Shown: in pieces, positions 48,914-62,619 of the stretch
How the letters are laid out: each line of letters begins with the position of its first letter
Numbering within the stretch: position 1 is the stretch's first letter
NCBI RefSeq assembly: GCF_947568905.1
Contig: NC_079164.1
Span: 91,760,001 to 91,824,000 of the forward strand
DNA from: Ostrea edulis
Lineage: Eukaryota
DNA length: 64,000 bases
Reading direction: 5' to 3'
Position numbers and translations under genes: made by a program
Notes under the pieces: generated by a model
The model's input: only the letters and a program-made list of their open reading frames with translations
What the model was told of the DNA's origin: nothing
Databases searched by the model: none

Positions 48914-51900
48914 AGACCTTTGACACAGAAGAGGAACAGCTAAAGCACTACCTTCTTCACGGCGGGTTCAACCTTAACGACCTTCCTCAGATTCACTCCA
49001 ATGTCGTCAAACTATACATCTGCGCCAGTAGGAAAGGTAATGCTCAATATAACCTGTCTGTAACAGAACTCGTAGTAAGATCTCAGAGAATGTCTACTGC
49101 ATACTTAAAGAATGGTTCCCCAACCTTTTTCTTACTAGTGTTTTACGTTTCAGAGTTTGAAAGAGAACGAGAAGTTTTGATGAAAAATGTATACCCTGAC
49201 CTGAGACGTCACTTCCGGGACAACCATGGAGTGGACTTCCACGTAAGTTGGTTATGTTCCAAGGGTCTGTCCAGTTACTTCCTAATACAGCTATATTTCA
49301 CATGATATTAAGAGCGAAATCCACACAAGGACTCGATTCTAGAAATGTAGTGAAGTATGCATTAAACACCTCCATCTCATGCTTCGTATATACATATGCA
49401 TGTAAATATATTAAATATTGTACTTCAGTGAATTTGAAATTTCAAATTAACCTAGCTTTTCATCCAAAGTCTTCCGACAAGGTTTTATTTAAAGTAAAAG
49501 AAGAATCTCGCAAATTATGACATCCGCTACATTTCGATCAATGACGTAGAGCAGATACTACTGGTTTCTTTATTGACAATACAGAACATGTATAATAACA
49601 AGTAAACAACCGTAAACTACTTTGTATTTTATCAAAATATGGTTCATATGTTACAACCATTACGTTCTATATAGGTTGTCGATTTACGATGGGGATCTAG
49701 GAAGGAAGATGATGTGTTCCAGCCGATGTTTCTTCGAGAACTTCAACGATGTCAGAAATCTTCCATGGGCCCAAATATTCTTGTAAGACATTTAAACATT
49801 CTGAAAGCAAGTGATGTCCTCAACATTTTGATTCATATCAGATAGAGAACGAATCTATTTTCAGTGCATGTTGTGCGAAGATGAAGATGTTTGGTATCCA
49901 CCAATAGAAGTAGAGAAAGACGAATACGAAACTTTACTGGAATTTTTAGCTTCGTGCGGTTTTGAAGACGAGGTTCTGTTTGTAGATAGATGCTACAAAG
50001 AAGACAAAAACGGCCCTACACCGTACTATCATTTACAAGTGGATTTCCAGCAGGGCTGTAAGATTTAAAAAATCATCATGTTTTTCGTCTCTATTTTCTT
50101 GTTTGACATTTGATATTAACAGGTACTGTTACATTTTGTTGAAATTTCCTGTTCATAATTCTCAAGTTTTCTCCATTAATTACATGCAATAATATTTTTG
50201 TCTGACAGACTCTGAAAAATGGTCATCTACACTTGCTATACTACAAAGAATATTCTTAAAAGCTTCCGAAGCTTGTCTAGAAAAAGGAATGATCGACACA
50301 GAAACGTATATGGAGTTCAAGCCAATAGGTAATAGAATATATTTGAGACAGACCTTACTCTGAGGAATATTTCATTATTTCTGCAATATTTCTTTATGTA
50401 GATTATATTTTTAACCCAACTTCGTATTTCTAGGCCTGGAAAATGAAGTAGAAACTGGAATATTGGCAGTTGATCGGCAACATAGAGACAAAAATTGCAT
50501 TTTGTATGTAAAACGACCACTACGAGATGGAAAAGATAGCCCGGTGGATGACTGCAGTAGTTCATGTACAGAGAGTAGTAATGGGTTTTTACCGAAAAGT
50601 CTTAGAGAGACTGTCCATGAAAATATGCGACGAAGTGGAATCGTTATAACTGCAGAGGAAATTTCATCTGATCGAAAAGAATTATCTAAAACATTTGCAA
50701 GCAAATTATATTGTACAGTGAAAGGGATGGTTGATGAGTCCATAAGAAACCAAAACACCGTGAAGAACGATTTGTTTTTTAGGGAAGTTTACAATCACTG
50801 GAGCTTTCTTAAATCTTCCCAATGCCCATGGCTTGAGAGAGATGATTTGATGTCTGCAACAAAGGATTACTTTTTATCAGAAACGGACAGACCTTTTGCA
50901 ATTATTGGGGGAAATGGAGTTGGGAAGACATCTGCAATGGTGAAAATTATTAAAGACGTGAACACTGCCATATTCAACAAAGACTTATCGATGAGGACGG
51001 TCATTGTGTTTAGATTCGTTGGAGAAACTCAAATCACCACCTCACGTCAGTTTCTTTACAACCTCTGTCGTCATTTGGTTGACTTGATGGGAAAAGATCC
51101 GAATGAAATCCCAACAGATTACAAGCAGTTGAAATACTACTTCTCTGAGCTTCTCCTTAGTGGGGAGTTTGGTGGATTGTTGATAATTCTCCTGGATTCA
51201 GTAGATCTGTTACAAGATAACCACAACTTCGAATGGCTGCCAATAAAAATTGCAGTCAATGTCAAATTGATTGTGTCTTGTAGCTCAAATAGGGAGAGAT
51301 TGTGCGCGTGCTTGTTAGACAAGTGCAAAGACAGCGTCTTCTATTTAAACCCATTAAATTCCACAGATTGTGAAAGAATTTTCAGAGCTATGCTTAGCTC
51401 AAGTTGGAGGTCAGTTACATACGAACAGATGTCAATCGTAAAAGACGCGTTCCAGGTGTGCACATTGCCTTTATTTTTATCAATGGCTATTGAAGAAGCA
51501 AAGCGTTGGCATTCCTACGACGACACTAGTTTTTGTGTCGTCGGAAAAAGTGTGAAAGAAAATATACAAATCATTTTTGAACGAATCGATAAAGAACATG
51601 GAACTTTATTTGTATCTCGTTTTCTTGGTTACCTTACTGCTTCTAACTTGGGCTTGAGCGAGTCCGAGTTACTTGATATCATGTCGATCGATGAAGTTCT
51701 ACTAGATGACGTCACGGAATACTGTGAAACTCCCATAAGAAGAATGCCATCATATTTCCCAGTTCGTTTGTTACATGACCTTGAACCTTTTGTCAAGGAG
51801 AGGGAGGTTGATGGAATACTAGTATTATCATGGAAACACAAGCAGTTTTACGACGCAGCAGTGGAAAGGTATTTAAGAGACAAGGAATTGGAAGAAGTTC

Positions 51901-54875
51901 TTCATTCAAACATCGCGGACTATTTCTTGGGCACATGGGGAGGATCCGCACGAAAACCATATCAGTGCAAGAACGATAAACCGAAAGGAGAAAAAGAAGC
52001 ATGTCGATTTTTGTGCGAGCAACCGAATCACTTCGGAAGTACTGAAGCAACGACGACTTACAACATAAGGAAATTCCAACACCTTTGTTACAGTCTCCGA
52101 GAAAGTAATCGTATCGACGACCTGAAGAGTCACGTGCTGTGTAATCTAGAGTATATGTTGCAAAGAATAAAGTCAGCAACAATTCAGGAACTCTTGAGAG
52201 ACTACAATGATGCATCTGATCGAGAAATTAGAATTGTCGAGGATGCCTTAAAAATGGCAGTACCAACCATCGAAAAGGACCTAAATTGTTTGGGGGCGGA
52301 GTTGTCGGGTCGACTGATACAACATACTAAATCCCACAAGTACATTCGACAATTAGTTTACACTTGTGACTTGTATGCACAAAGGTATTGCCCGTTAGTT
52401 CCTAACTGCCAGTGTTACAACACGCCAGGCGGGCCACTGCAATACAAATTTAATGCCGAAGGTGCGTCAAATATTTATTTTCATCAGAGTCCCCGTGGTA
52501 TTTTTCTAACAGCTAAAACTGCTGGCTCGCTTTCGTTGAGGGCATGGGAGATCACAAAGGGGGATCCGCGGCCTGAAATAGTGATGCCTTTTGGTCAAAT
52601 TTACTCGACGACGGATGGAAATTTTCTGAATGTGTTTTGCAATGACGGAACTGTTCGGATATTTCGTTCCGATTGTGGTGAACTGTATGATTCAATCGAA
52701 TATAAATATGATGATATCGCAGGTGTTTGTGTTTCAAAGAAGTATCTAGCACTTGTGTTACAAAGAGAGCCTGGTCCATATCTCATCAACGTTGCCGACG
52801 CATCGCTAATTCATAGATTTAGCTACCATTCACGAACCATAGCATTCAATTCCCAGGAAACATACTTTGTTTGTGAGTCAGGACGTACTATTTACCTGTT
52901 TGAACTGCCACAGCTAGTTCGAAAATGCACAGGAGAAGCTAGCGATGTCCCGAAACAAATTATTCTCTGGGAAAATAAAAAATGTTTTGTTGTGACCAAG
53001 AGCAAACAAGTTGAAGCAATTACCTTCGATATCACCAACAAACACTTCAGGAGGAATAACCTTATGACCGATATCGACATCCGGGATATGAAACTATCCA
53101 ACAATGGATCAACTCTAGTTATCATGGCAGGAAAGAGTCTTCGTTTGTTTGCGACCAGTACAGAAAAACAAAAGCCCCTAAACAACAATTTACCATCTTG
53201 TTGTTTGGCATATCCGTCTTCTAACTACGCCAGCGTGTCCTACTCTGTAGATGACAGCTTGCTGATTGCAATAAGAGGTTCTTTTGTTCTCATTTGGAAA
53301 ACAGACACTGGAAAACTCGCACGTATTTTCCAGACAGGAAACGCTCCTCTTTTGAAACTGTTGACGTCATTTGCAACTAATAAAGCAGCTACAATATCTG
53401 CGGACAACGACGTACAAGTTTGGGATTTAAGCAACATCGATCATGCAATCGCACATTCCAACGAAATATTTCAAAGTCCGGTCAAAATTGCCAAAATACT
53501 TCATGACAAACATCAAGTTGTCTGTGTAGGTTCAAATAAGGATGATGCCAAAATTGTGAACAGCAGTAGTGGACAAATTGAATACGCTTTAAGCAACAAC
53601 AAAGACATCGGTCATGTCCGTGAAATCATTGTTTCAAAGGATGGAAACTACGTCATTGCACGAATGAATTCTCAAAGTTTGAAAGACCAGACCTCCTCTG
53701 AGAAAGTCGTTCTGTATGATGATATAGTATGGGATGTACGGGTTAGAAGTAAGATTCGACACGTTTTTGATAGTCGCTTCGCTGTTTTCTCCGAAAACTG
53801 TAGAACTCTCGTTTTCGTAACCTCGGCGAATATATCCGACCATTGGAAGAATAATGCATACAACTTAGAAATCACAGCTTTAGATTCAGACTACAATTTC
53901 CTATGCGATTTCCCAGAGAAGACAGAGTTTTTGACCACTCCCTGCGTTGTTTCTGAAGATGAATTCAGTTATTTGGTAGGAGTTGTCAAAACCTTTACTT
54001 TAGATGAAGAAAATGAAAGTGAAAATGAATTTGAAACACGTCTTCTTGTCCGTGGGCTGTTCAGTCCCTCTGCAACGAACAGAATGATAAAAATCACTGA
54101 CGTTATTCAGACGCTGGGCGAAAACGATACCCTTATTGACGTTTTTCCTTATCAGGAATGTAGCTGTTTGGTTGTATATGAGAGGAGAGAAGAATTGAAT
54201 ACAGCCATTTCCTATCCAAAAGGAGCTGTAGTTTATAATGTCGAGAAAGAAGAATGCCTAACTCATTTTTCTTCATTCTTAGAACCAGCGACTGATATGA
54301 CCAAAATTCAATTTTCTTCGCACAACAAGGTCATTTTAGACGATAAAGGAATCCTTTTCTCCACTGAATCAAATTTCAAAGTACCAAATACACGCAACAA
54401 GGAGCGAGACTTAAAATGCCCGTGTTTAGCGCTGAAAGGGCAATATATTGTTGGTTTGTCCAAAGACTGTACAGAATTGCTGGTTCTTCGTGCCTGTGAT
54501 GGCGTACAGAATGCTAAAATTCCGGTCCATGGCCGAGGATGTTGCCTGAGTGTGGGTTACGATGACAGAACGATCGTCGTTGGCTGCGAGGACGGAAAAG
54601 TCATGGTGTGGACTTTGATTTTACAACTGAGTGACCCTATGGTAGAAGTAATTTCAAAACTCCCAAGTCGAACTCCTGTTCCTGATAAGATGAACCATTC
54701 ATCAGAATTATTGGAGAATGATATAAATTATATAACAAGTCGAAAGTCATTAAACCAGACGGTGTCAAGTCAGACTGACAACAGAAGACCACCAAGTCAT
54801 CAGACCGTGTCCACCGCGGTGTTTCTGGCGCAGCAGACAAGTCTAGGAAGAGAGACACCGTGTTATGTACAATGA
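48914..54875 (+). CDS. NWD2: NACHT and WD40 repeat protein (NWD1/NWD2 family) with N-terminal DUF4062-like domain, ~1690 aa, 5' end unresolved
   Basis: Exons 48914-49036, 49154-49242, 49675-49782, 49865-50057, 50209-50328 and 50434-54875 join in frame. It has KLYICAS..EREVLMKNVYPDLR..GVDFHVVDLRWG (DUF4062-like), Walker A GGNGVGKT, Walker B LIILLDSVD, GYLTASNLGLSESELLDIMS and degenerate WD40 repeats. NWD1 versus NWD2 assignment is uncertain. Confidence 0.85.
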
Positions 54876-55430
54876 AAAGACGATAGTAACTGCTAGTCCA
54901 TGATATCAATGACAACTTGTTATAAATTGTGTGCTAATTACTAGGATTTTTTGAGTTTTTTATAGCCAAAACACTCTGAGATTACATACCATATAAGATA
55001 GGTCACACAATAATGCAATCTGGATAACCACTTAGTTCATAATGGCATTGTCTTATCGTCAACTTGTAGATGGACGGTGTAGTGGCACGGTGGTGTAAAA
55101 ACGATTGTAAAAAAAAAAGAAGAGAGATGATATGTTATTTCATCGCGTTACTGTTCCCTCTAGCTCGTGATATCGCATATTCCTCATCGCGTTTCGATAA
55201 CGCGAATTTAAATTAACTGTCCTTATACGTCAGGGGCGGATCCAGGAACTGCTGACGTTGTGTGTGCTTCTCATCATTTATAACTTATTTATTTACGTAC
55301 ATCAGTTGACATGCAATAAAATCGCTATGCAAATATTGGTATTCAGTTTAATTGCTTATTTATCCAAGCATCGAAGATATTAACAGCACGTCTGTTTTGA
55401 CAAGAGTTCCATGACCTTAACAACGGTCAT

Positions 55431-55510
55431 CATCGTCGGAAACCCACGGTTGATTACACTTCGTTCCTCTCTCCATCACGGATTGTAATCAACCGGGGTT
55501 TACGACAATG
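55431..55510. mobile_element. 80-bp hairpin micro-MITE with 9-bp TSD
   Basis: ~27-bp imperfect arms CATCGTCGGAAACCCACGGTTGATTACA / TGTAATCAACCGGGGTTTACGACAATG, with perfect TSD AACGGTCAT. Confidence 0.8.
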
Positions 55511-55589
55511 AACGGTCATCTGAGTGACATGCAACAAATTCAGTATATGAACAGCTCAATCAAACAATGTGTTAATCATTTTCAAAGAA

Positions 55590-56000
55590 TGAACATAAAG
55601 ACAGGAGGATCCAATTTTTTCCTAAAAGTTATAGTGGATCTAAGAGGGATGGAGGATGTAAAATAGCTTGTGAACACTTTCCCTATGTGGTTTATCTGAT
55701 AGATTTGAAACTTTGTACTATGCTTTATTGGCATTTGCAGATGTGCATATTGTTGGGACAGGAGGATCCAATTATTTTCCTCTAAGTTCTAGTGGATCTA
55801 AGAGGGGCGGAGGTTGTTAAATATGGCTTATCCGATAGACTTGAAATCTTCTACAATACTTCAATGCCATTTGCAGATGTGCATATTGTAGGGACAGAAT
55901 GATCCAATTATTATCCTTAAAGTTATAATGGATCAGAGAGGTGAAGGGTGTAAAATAATAGTTCGTGAATACTTCTCCTTTGTGGCTTATCGGAGTTCAT
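55590..56000. repeat. Three degenerate ~150-bp monomers (HINE-like)
   Basis: GACAG(G/A)A(G/T)GATCCAATT...AGT(T/G)...GTGGATC recurs three times. Confidence 0.55.
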
Positions 56001-56906
56001 GTTTATGGTCCTGTTCATGGTTTCTCCTCCATACCATGCAGTACCGGTACATTAAGGGGTTGAAGTTTCATTTGGAGCACTTCCAATTTGGGGAGACATT
56101 AGATAAAACGAACAATTCCATATTTTAGAATTTGTTTTACAAGATTACACTGAAAAAAAAATTATGACCAATAGATATGTTAAAATTTCTCATTTTGGGA
56201 GGGGGAAAAATAGATTTTAACACAAAAAGATCGCAGATTTCTGGAAACATTTGGTTTCTTTAACATGATACCGTAACAATAAAAAATAGTGGTGTTATGA
56301 TTTACACAACATTGGTTGGAAATAACGAAAGTATCCGATGATGCAAAAGTAACGTCTTCTTTAATGCTTATGATAGGAAATTGAAACTGAATGAAATAGG
56401 AAACCCTTTCCCAAGTTATAAATTTCATGATTCCAGGGTTGGGATTTTGGTACCAGGGTGGGGCCAAAATGGTTATAGTGATTAAATGTCTCTACCATTT
56501 GAAGGGCTTCTTTAATTTTGCTGATACTAGATTAAAGCTACATGCATATATAGGAAAACAGAAAGGAAACTCGAGGACAGGTCGTAAATAGTCATAGTGT
56601 TATATACATGTATCATACGAGTGTTGCATATCCTGCATCACCGGATACTTTCGTTATTTCAAACCAATGAAAATCGTCCTTACTTTAGTAGAACGCTATT
56701 GCGTCATATTACCCACAATGCAATTATTGCACATATATCATAAGAATATTAAACATCAAAAGATTATCGAATACAGCAACTTTTTACACGCCATATATGG
56801 GGATCATTGTATTTGAGAAATACTTTGTTTTGGGGTCATTTTTCAATGTTGAAATATGACCCCCATCACTTAACTTAGATATGGACTGTACAGAAAACCT
56901 TTTGTG

Positions 56907-57460
56907 TGAAAGGTGAAGATAACGAACAGTGATCAATCTTATAACTCCTATAAGCAATACAAAATAGAGAGTTGAGCAAACACGGACAACTGGGTATACC
57001 AGAGGTGGGATCAGGTGCCTAGGAGGAGTAAGCATCCCCTGTCGACAGGTCACACACGCCATGAGCCCTATATCTTGCTAAGGTAAACGGAGTTATCCAT
57101 AGTCAAAATCAGTGTGCCAAGAACGGCCTAACAATCGGCATGAAACACGTCAGACAGCATTTGACCCAATGATAGGTTTTACTGGCAAACTAGATCGTTA
57201 TAATGATCATAGAATTTGCGAAATTCTGATTTTAATCGAGATTGTTGGAACCCCAGCACCATCAACTTGTTTGTCAGTAGCCTGCTTCGATTACCATACG
57301 CAGAACAAGATCTTGCGATCGAATCAGCTGAGCGATGTAAACACAATATGCAGGTGATAATGGAATATTGCTACATAAATATGGGAAGTTGACTATAGAG
57401 AAGTTGAGATCATCCCGTTTGTCATAAATTTGAGTTGTTGATTTGCCGTTAATATTTACT
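56907..57460 (-). mobile_element. Second 5'-truncated Penelope-like (Naiad-type) copy
   Basis: Reverse complement aligns to 1455-1999 with indels and shares its 3' terminus. It is inserted among TTTTTCAATGTTGAAATATG-type repeats. Confidence 0.75.
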
Positions 57461-57944
57461 TGTATATTTGGGGCATTCTTTTAATGCTGAAATATGAACC
57501 CCTACTACATGTATCCGACTAAGATATGGATTGCAAAGAAATACTGCGTATATTTGTAGTCGTTTTTCAATGTTGAAATATGGTCCCACCACTTGTCCGA
57601 GATGTGGACTGTACAGAAAACATTTTGTACATTGAAGGTCATTTTTCAATGTTGAAATTTGACCCCACCAGAAATGATCTCTTGAAGATAACATGTCTAA
57701 GGGTAATTTTTAACAAGGGTTAAAATTTCACGCTTGGGAGAGTAGTTGATTAACAGTCTGAGTCAATTTTCAACGTTGATAATTTATCAAACATCCGTTG
57801 AAAAATTACCCCGGGGTCACTATCTAATGTTACACCTGCATCTCGTCACTTCCAACTTCAATTCTACCATGCAACACAATTTTGGCGCACTTCCACTTTG
57901 GGAAGCATTCTGTGTGCATTTAAGAATGGTTTTTAAAGATCATG

Positions 57945-58282
57945 AGAGATATCTCTTTCAGTTAAAGAGATATCTCTATTGAACTCGTAAGGAGATATCT
58001 CCTGTTTTAAGAGATATTTTTCATTCAAAAATTATAAAGATATATCTAAAGTGAAAGAGATACCTCTTTAACTTCAAGAGAGATCTCTTTATCTTAAAGA
58101 GATATCTCTCAAAGTCAGAGATATCTCTTAACCTTAAGAGATATCTCTCAAAGTTGAGAAATATCTCGTAACTTTAAGAGATATTTCTTTAAAGTAAGAT
58201 ATATCTCTTTAAATCAGAGAGATGTCTCTCAAAGTTAAAGAGATATCTCTTTTTCAAATAAATAGTCAAACGGCTTGCCATA
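57945..58282. repeat. GAGATATCTC palindrome array ending in ...CGGCTTGCCATA (partial IS3EU-like MITE)
   Basis: Many AGAGATATCTCT modules and one TATGG-type terminus. Confidence 0.55.
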
Positions 58283-58770
58283 TACATTAGTTACCATTCA
58301 ATCATTTTCCCTTCCATGGTACAGTAATTAGCATCGGTAAACTAAGTTTTTATATCGTAATATCTAAAATTCCCCATTCCAGTCGTTACGACATTATATT
58401 GTAAATAAGCATATTCATGTCCGTGATAGTATATTTATCACGTTGTATATTGTTAGAAGAACGTGATTATTATTACATGATAAGATAAGGACAATTGTGA
58501 ACACGGGCCACTGCAAGGAACAACCAGTTTTGTTTTAGTTTATTAGCAGATTAAATATCATAGAACAATTATGTTTGAACTAAACAAAACTTGCAATAAT
58601 TTTTATAAAACTTATCGAAGAAACTGGCCTATGATTATTTCAGATTTTTTGTTGTTGTCATATTTAATACCATGATTAACGGTTACCCCTAGGGCCTCCT
58701 GGAATTTTGTCCAAACCACGACTTCTTGTATTCCTTTCACAGATCTTTACGAGTAACAGAAACACAGAAG

Positions 58771-60232
58771 ATGGAATTGGCTGCAATCATTTTTGTTGGT
58801 TTTCTTGGAGGTAGGTAAAAGTCGAACACTTCATAGTAATGGAACCTTGTAAAGACTTACTTAACTGAACGTTACCTAACTGACAAGTGGGAGACAGTCA
58901 GCGCGATATAATATCTAAATCGTACTGTTTTGTTAGCGAAACCATCCAATGTACAAATACCTGTACTCGTTTAACTTTCTCCCCCCCCCCCCCCCCCCCC
59001 CATCACCCTTCAGGTGGAATTTTTTGCGATTTCAATTTATCCGATGTGACTCAAAATACTAAATGACACCATTTTATTCCAAGCGGATTCACACATGCAG
59101 CAGTTTACTAAAAATAGTTAGACATACACAAGTTAGAATTTATTCAAAAATTAAAAATGTCAAAACTGCTACGCACGAAGTACATGAAAACCTTCACCAA
59201 ATATTCTTCATTCTGTCAACACTATGAAAAATTACCAATGTCTAGACGGCATCCTGGAACGTTTTTTCAATGAGCGTCATATGATGTTAAGAACTGCAAG
59301 TGTTTTCATGATGGTGCCATTTACCAGCTTTATCGCTCATAATCCTATACATTCTTTATGTAGCCCTCAAAAAGTAAATACCTAAATGCTGTTCAAGTTT
59401 TGTCAATAATTGCATGACGAATAAGTCCTTGAGGGGAGATTCATACATCCTAAGTACTGATTCTTCAGGGAGGGTGTGGACCTGTGGTTAGGTCTTTTGC
59501 CGCGTACCCCGAAACACTTTCGAGAATAGTATTACAGTCAACTTCTACTGTAATGTTTCCCTACATCATGTGTACCATACGGGTACTCAGAACAGGGGTG
59601 TAGAGTACCCCAATTTTTTGTCCCAAAATTAAAACGAGAGAGAGAGAGAGGGGGGGAGGGAGAGAGAGACTCGAGCAATGAAAACCAAAATCACTTCAAA
59701 AAGTAATCCCTTTTCCAAATAAATTTTTGCTTGTTTGTTACGGATTTCAACCACATCCTGTTTGAATTTGATTCTGACACCTTTAAATACAGCTGATTTC
59801 CACAGTACAGCAATGCAGACGGGACTCTTACGATTTAAAGGTGTGTTGCTAAAACGCGGAACGGAAAACGGAAAGGAAAATATTGTATGCAATAATGTTA
59901 TCATAATTTTGTACAATTAAAAGGCTTATTATGAACAAGGGAAGCAGAAATTACAGAAAGAACGGGAAGACACCCCCAGAATACACCGTTTCATACTGAT
60001 ATCAACTTATGAAAAATATTGAGCAAGCACCTTTGGGTGCCATCCTTTCCCCGGCTTTTTGCACTTACCCCACCCTGATCGTGACAGTATGATGTTTTAC
60101 AGTTAAAAAAATAAACATACTGGAAAAGACTTGATTATAATCTAACCCATTTCAAATGTTATTACTTCATTCTGGCTGCCACTTTTTTGTTTAAGAAAGA
60201 TTTTATGAGCCTATCCAACGAAGAATAAAGAG

Positions 60233-60267
<35 letters not shown>

Positions 60268-61734
60268 AAAACAACATTGAAAAAGATAAAATAATTTTTT
60301 CAACATTTTCCCCTAAATATAGCCTTTTTAAATCGAACTTCCTTTTAATCGAACTAGGTATTTTTAAGATAATTGAATTTGAATATAGTTCTGCACCTGA
60401 TATAACATACACGTACGTATTTTTAGATACAAGTATTTAGTTCAGAAATAAATTGGCAGAAGTCCTCCCTATTTAGGATTGGAGTGCTGCAGTCACTAAG
60501 TCTTTGTTAGTTAAAAAAATAATACATCAAACACAAGATGTTTTACTTGTCGGTCTTATGTGTAAATACATGTACATGTGCGTTAAAGACGTTTTGCCGC
60601 TGGAAAGGAAGGGGGGGGGGGGGGCATAACAATCCATGTGTGTTCTTTTATCTCCATTCTCTACCCATAGGTGTTGCTGTTTGCTAACAAATCTGTCAAT
60701 GCCGAAATTTCAAAATTCTTGTAAATTCTTACACAAACGTTTAACTTACTTAATTAGCTGTTTAATCAGCTAATTAGATATAAGCTTAATTCATTATTAA
60801 TTTAATAAATTTTATAGTGCTGAATTTTAAGATAAAATTGTTTTACCGTTTGTAAATAAATTCCCAAAATTTTGATTTTAATCAAAATAAAGCACCCCCC
60901 CCCCCCGATTTTTGGAGTTATCTTAGCTACATTTATTATTCTAATTCTTAAATTCTGTTCCGCGTTTCAGCAAATACCACATATTCACATGAAGGACATG
61001 CATTAATGTAAAACAGTTACTTCATGTATTGTGTAATTCACAAATGTTAAGCTACCCACAGTGGCGGATTTAAGGGGGGCGCAGCCGGCGTCCACCCCCC
61101 CCCCCCCCTAAAATTTTCAATTTAAGGTCAATTGTGGTATCTAGTTTAGAAAAATGTTCTCAACGATAATAGAAGCAATAATTTCTTCCACCCCCGGAAA
61201 AATAAATGACACAATATTTTGATTTCTTGAATTACTTTATTGGGAGAACTTAATTTTCCCCCCAAAACCCTTAAAATTTGCGTCATTTTATTAATTTCAT
61301 CTTATTAAAAATGATAGAAATTAGTACAAATGACTAAAGAGGAGACATATTTCAAGTCCTATAAAATCTGTAAAAATCCAGAAGCTTCGCCCCCTGGGCC
61401 CCTACCAGGGCTTCGCCTTGGACCCACTGGGGGCCTCAAGCCCCCCCCCCCCCCACCCCGTCCCGCTGTCTCATAGAATGGCGCCCCCGATAATCGCAAT
61501 TCCTGGATCCGCCCCTGACTCAAACCTATATTTTCTGGTGCATTTTATGAGATATCTGAACAATTTCAATTACTTTTCAGATAAATCGGGAATAATGAAA
61601 ATCAGATCTTTTCTTTTTTCAGTGTGTTGTGGTCAGTACGATACATACTACTGCAAGTATCTAACCAACGCCAATTGTGTAACCAAGCCAGAAGATCTCC
61701 AGTGTGGAACAGATGGGAATACCTACTACAACGA
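58771..61734 (+). CDS. Secreted Kazal-type serine protease inhibitor, partial (3' exon not located)
   Basis: Exon 58771-58810 (phase 1) plus exon 61623-61734 gives MELAAIIFVGFLGVCCG-QYDTYYCKYLTNANCVTKPEDLQCGTDGNTYYN(E/D), a signal-peptide-like start followed by the Kazal CGTDGxTYxN motif. The donor GTGAGT is at 61735. Confidence 0.75.
61059..61517. mobile_element. MITE with CAG...CTG termini and 5-bp TSD (same family as 4990-5319)
   Basis: CAGTGGCGGATTTAAG / CCTGGATCCGCCCCTG, flanks ACCCA/ACTCA, interior homologous to 4990-5319. Confidence 0.8.
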
Positions 61735-61854
61735 GTGAGTGTCTTACAATAAAACTGTCAAAAATCTAGCACGTCAGAGACTTTCAAATTCAGACCCTTA
61801 AGAAGTAAATTCAAAGGGGACGGGCGTACTCCTGGGATGGATTTTCATATCTTT

Positions 61855-61974
61855 CAGTGGCGTAGCTTCCATTGAGGCAACCGAGGCAGCTGCCTCGGTA
61901 AAAAAAAAAACCCACCTTTTACGTTGTTAAAATGTCGATAGCTCGGTAATATTCGAACCCAAGCTACGCCTATG
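61855..61974. mobile_element. 120-bp MITE with 5-bp TSD TCTTT
   Basis: TIR CAGTGGCGTAGCTT / AAGCTACGCCTATG, with TCTTT on both sides. Confidence 0.7.
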
Positions 61975-62178
61975 TCTTTATACACCCTCACTTCCTCAAA
62001 AACGTTCCATCAATCCGATTTTAATATTGGATTGTAATCTCCGTAGATATTGATTCATATGAGTCGACGGCTGTAACTTTAGTGGTAGAATTTCATACCT
62101 ACATATTGTAGTTCTTTATTGAAAGTGATCAAAAGTTCATTTTACTTATTCTTCGTATACCGGTCGCGAGTAGATAGG

Positions 62179-62288
62179 CAATCTAATTAAAATCAGACTT
62201 CTTAGATCCGCGCCGTATACTCTGCGTATTGTATAGCGATTGTGAGCGTATCTTAGGATTATCTTAGGATATGATTTTAATTAGATTG
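62179..62288. mobile_element. 110-bp Mutator-like micro-MITE inserted in a tRNA-SINE head
   Basis: Same TIR as 7097 and 35062, TSD AGTAGATAGG/AGTGGATAGG. A B-box-like GGGTTCAATAC lies downstream. Confidence 0.75.
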
Positions 62289-62619
62289 AGTGGATAGGTC
62301 ACTCGCTTCGCATACAAAAGGACCCGGGTTCAATACTCGATCTCAGTGCCGCGTCAAAACTAAGATGTTTTAACAGTATGTCTGTCTGACTGGGTACAGG
62401 CACCGTCCCTTGGTACCCTCTGTGTTCAGGACAACATTTCATACTACTGTTTCACTTTACTTCCCATATAGCATATCCTTGTTATAAAGTACATTTTCAA
62501 TCAGTATTGTTATAAGCCAATTCCAGAGTAGAAACCCTTAACATGTGTATATGACATCATGTAGTTATATTGTTTAATTGTTAAAATTGTATATCATAAC
62601 TGCCTCCCGAGGGCCCTTG

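Noticed and set aside
52400-54700. Fungal HET-E-like hypervariable WD40 array in the NWD protein
   Set aside because: The WD repeats are highly degenerate with no near-identical internal repeats.
50317-54915. Multiple minus-strand ORFs overlapping the NWD exon
   Set aside because: Short antisense shadows of a long coding exon, with no homology cues.
60671-60690. Extra Kazal exon after the acceptor-like CCATAG
   Set aside because: It gives an in-frame TAA after four codons, whereas direct joining of 58810 to 61623 yields a coherent signal peptide.
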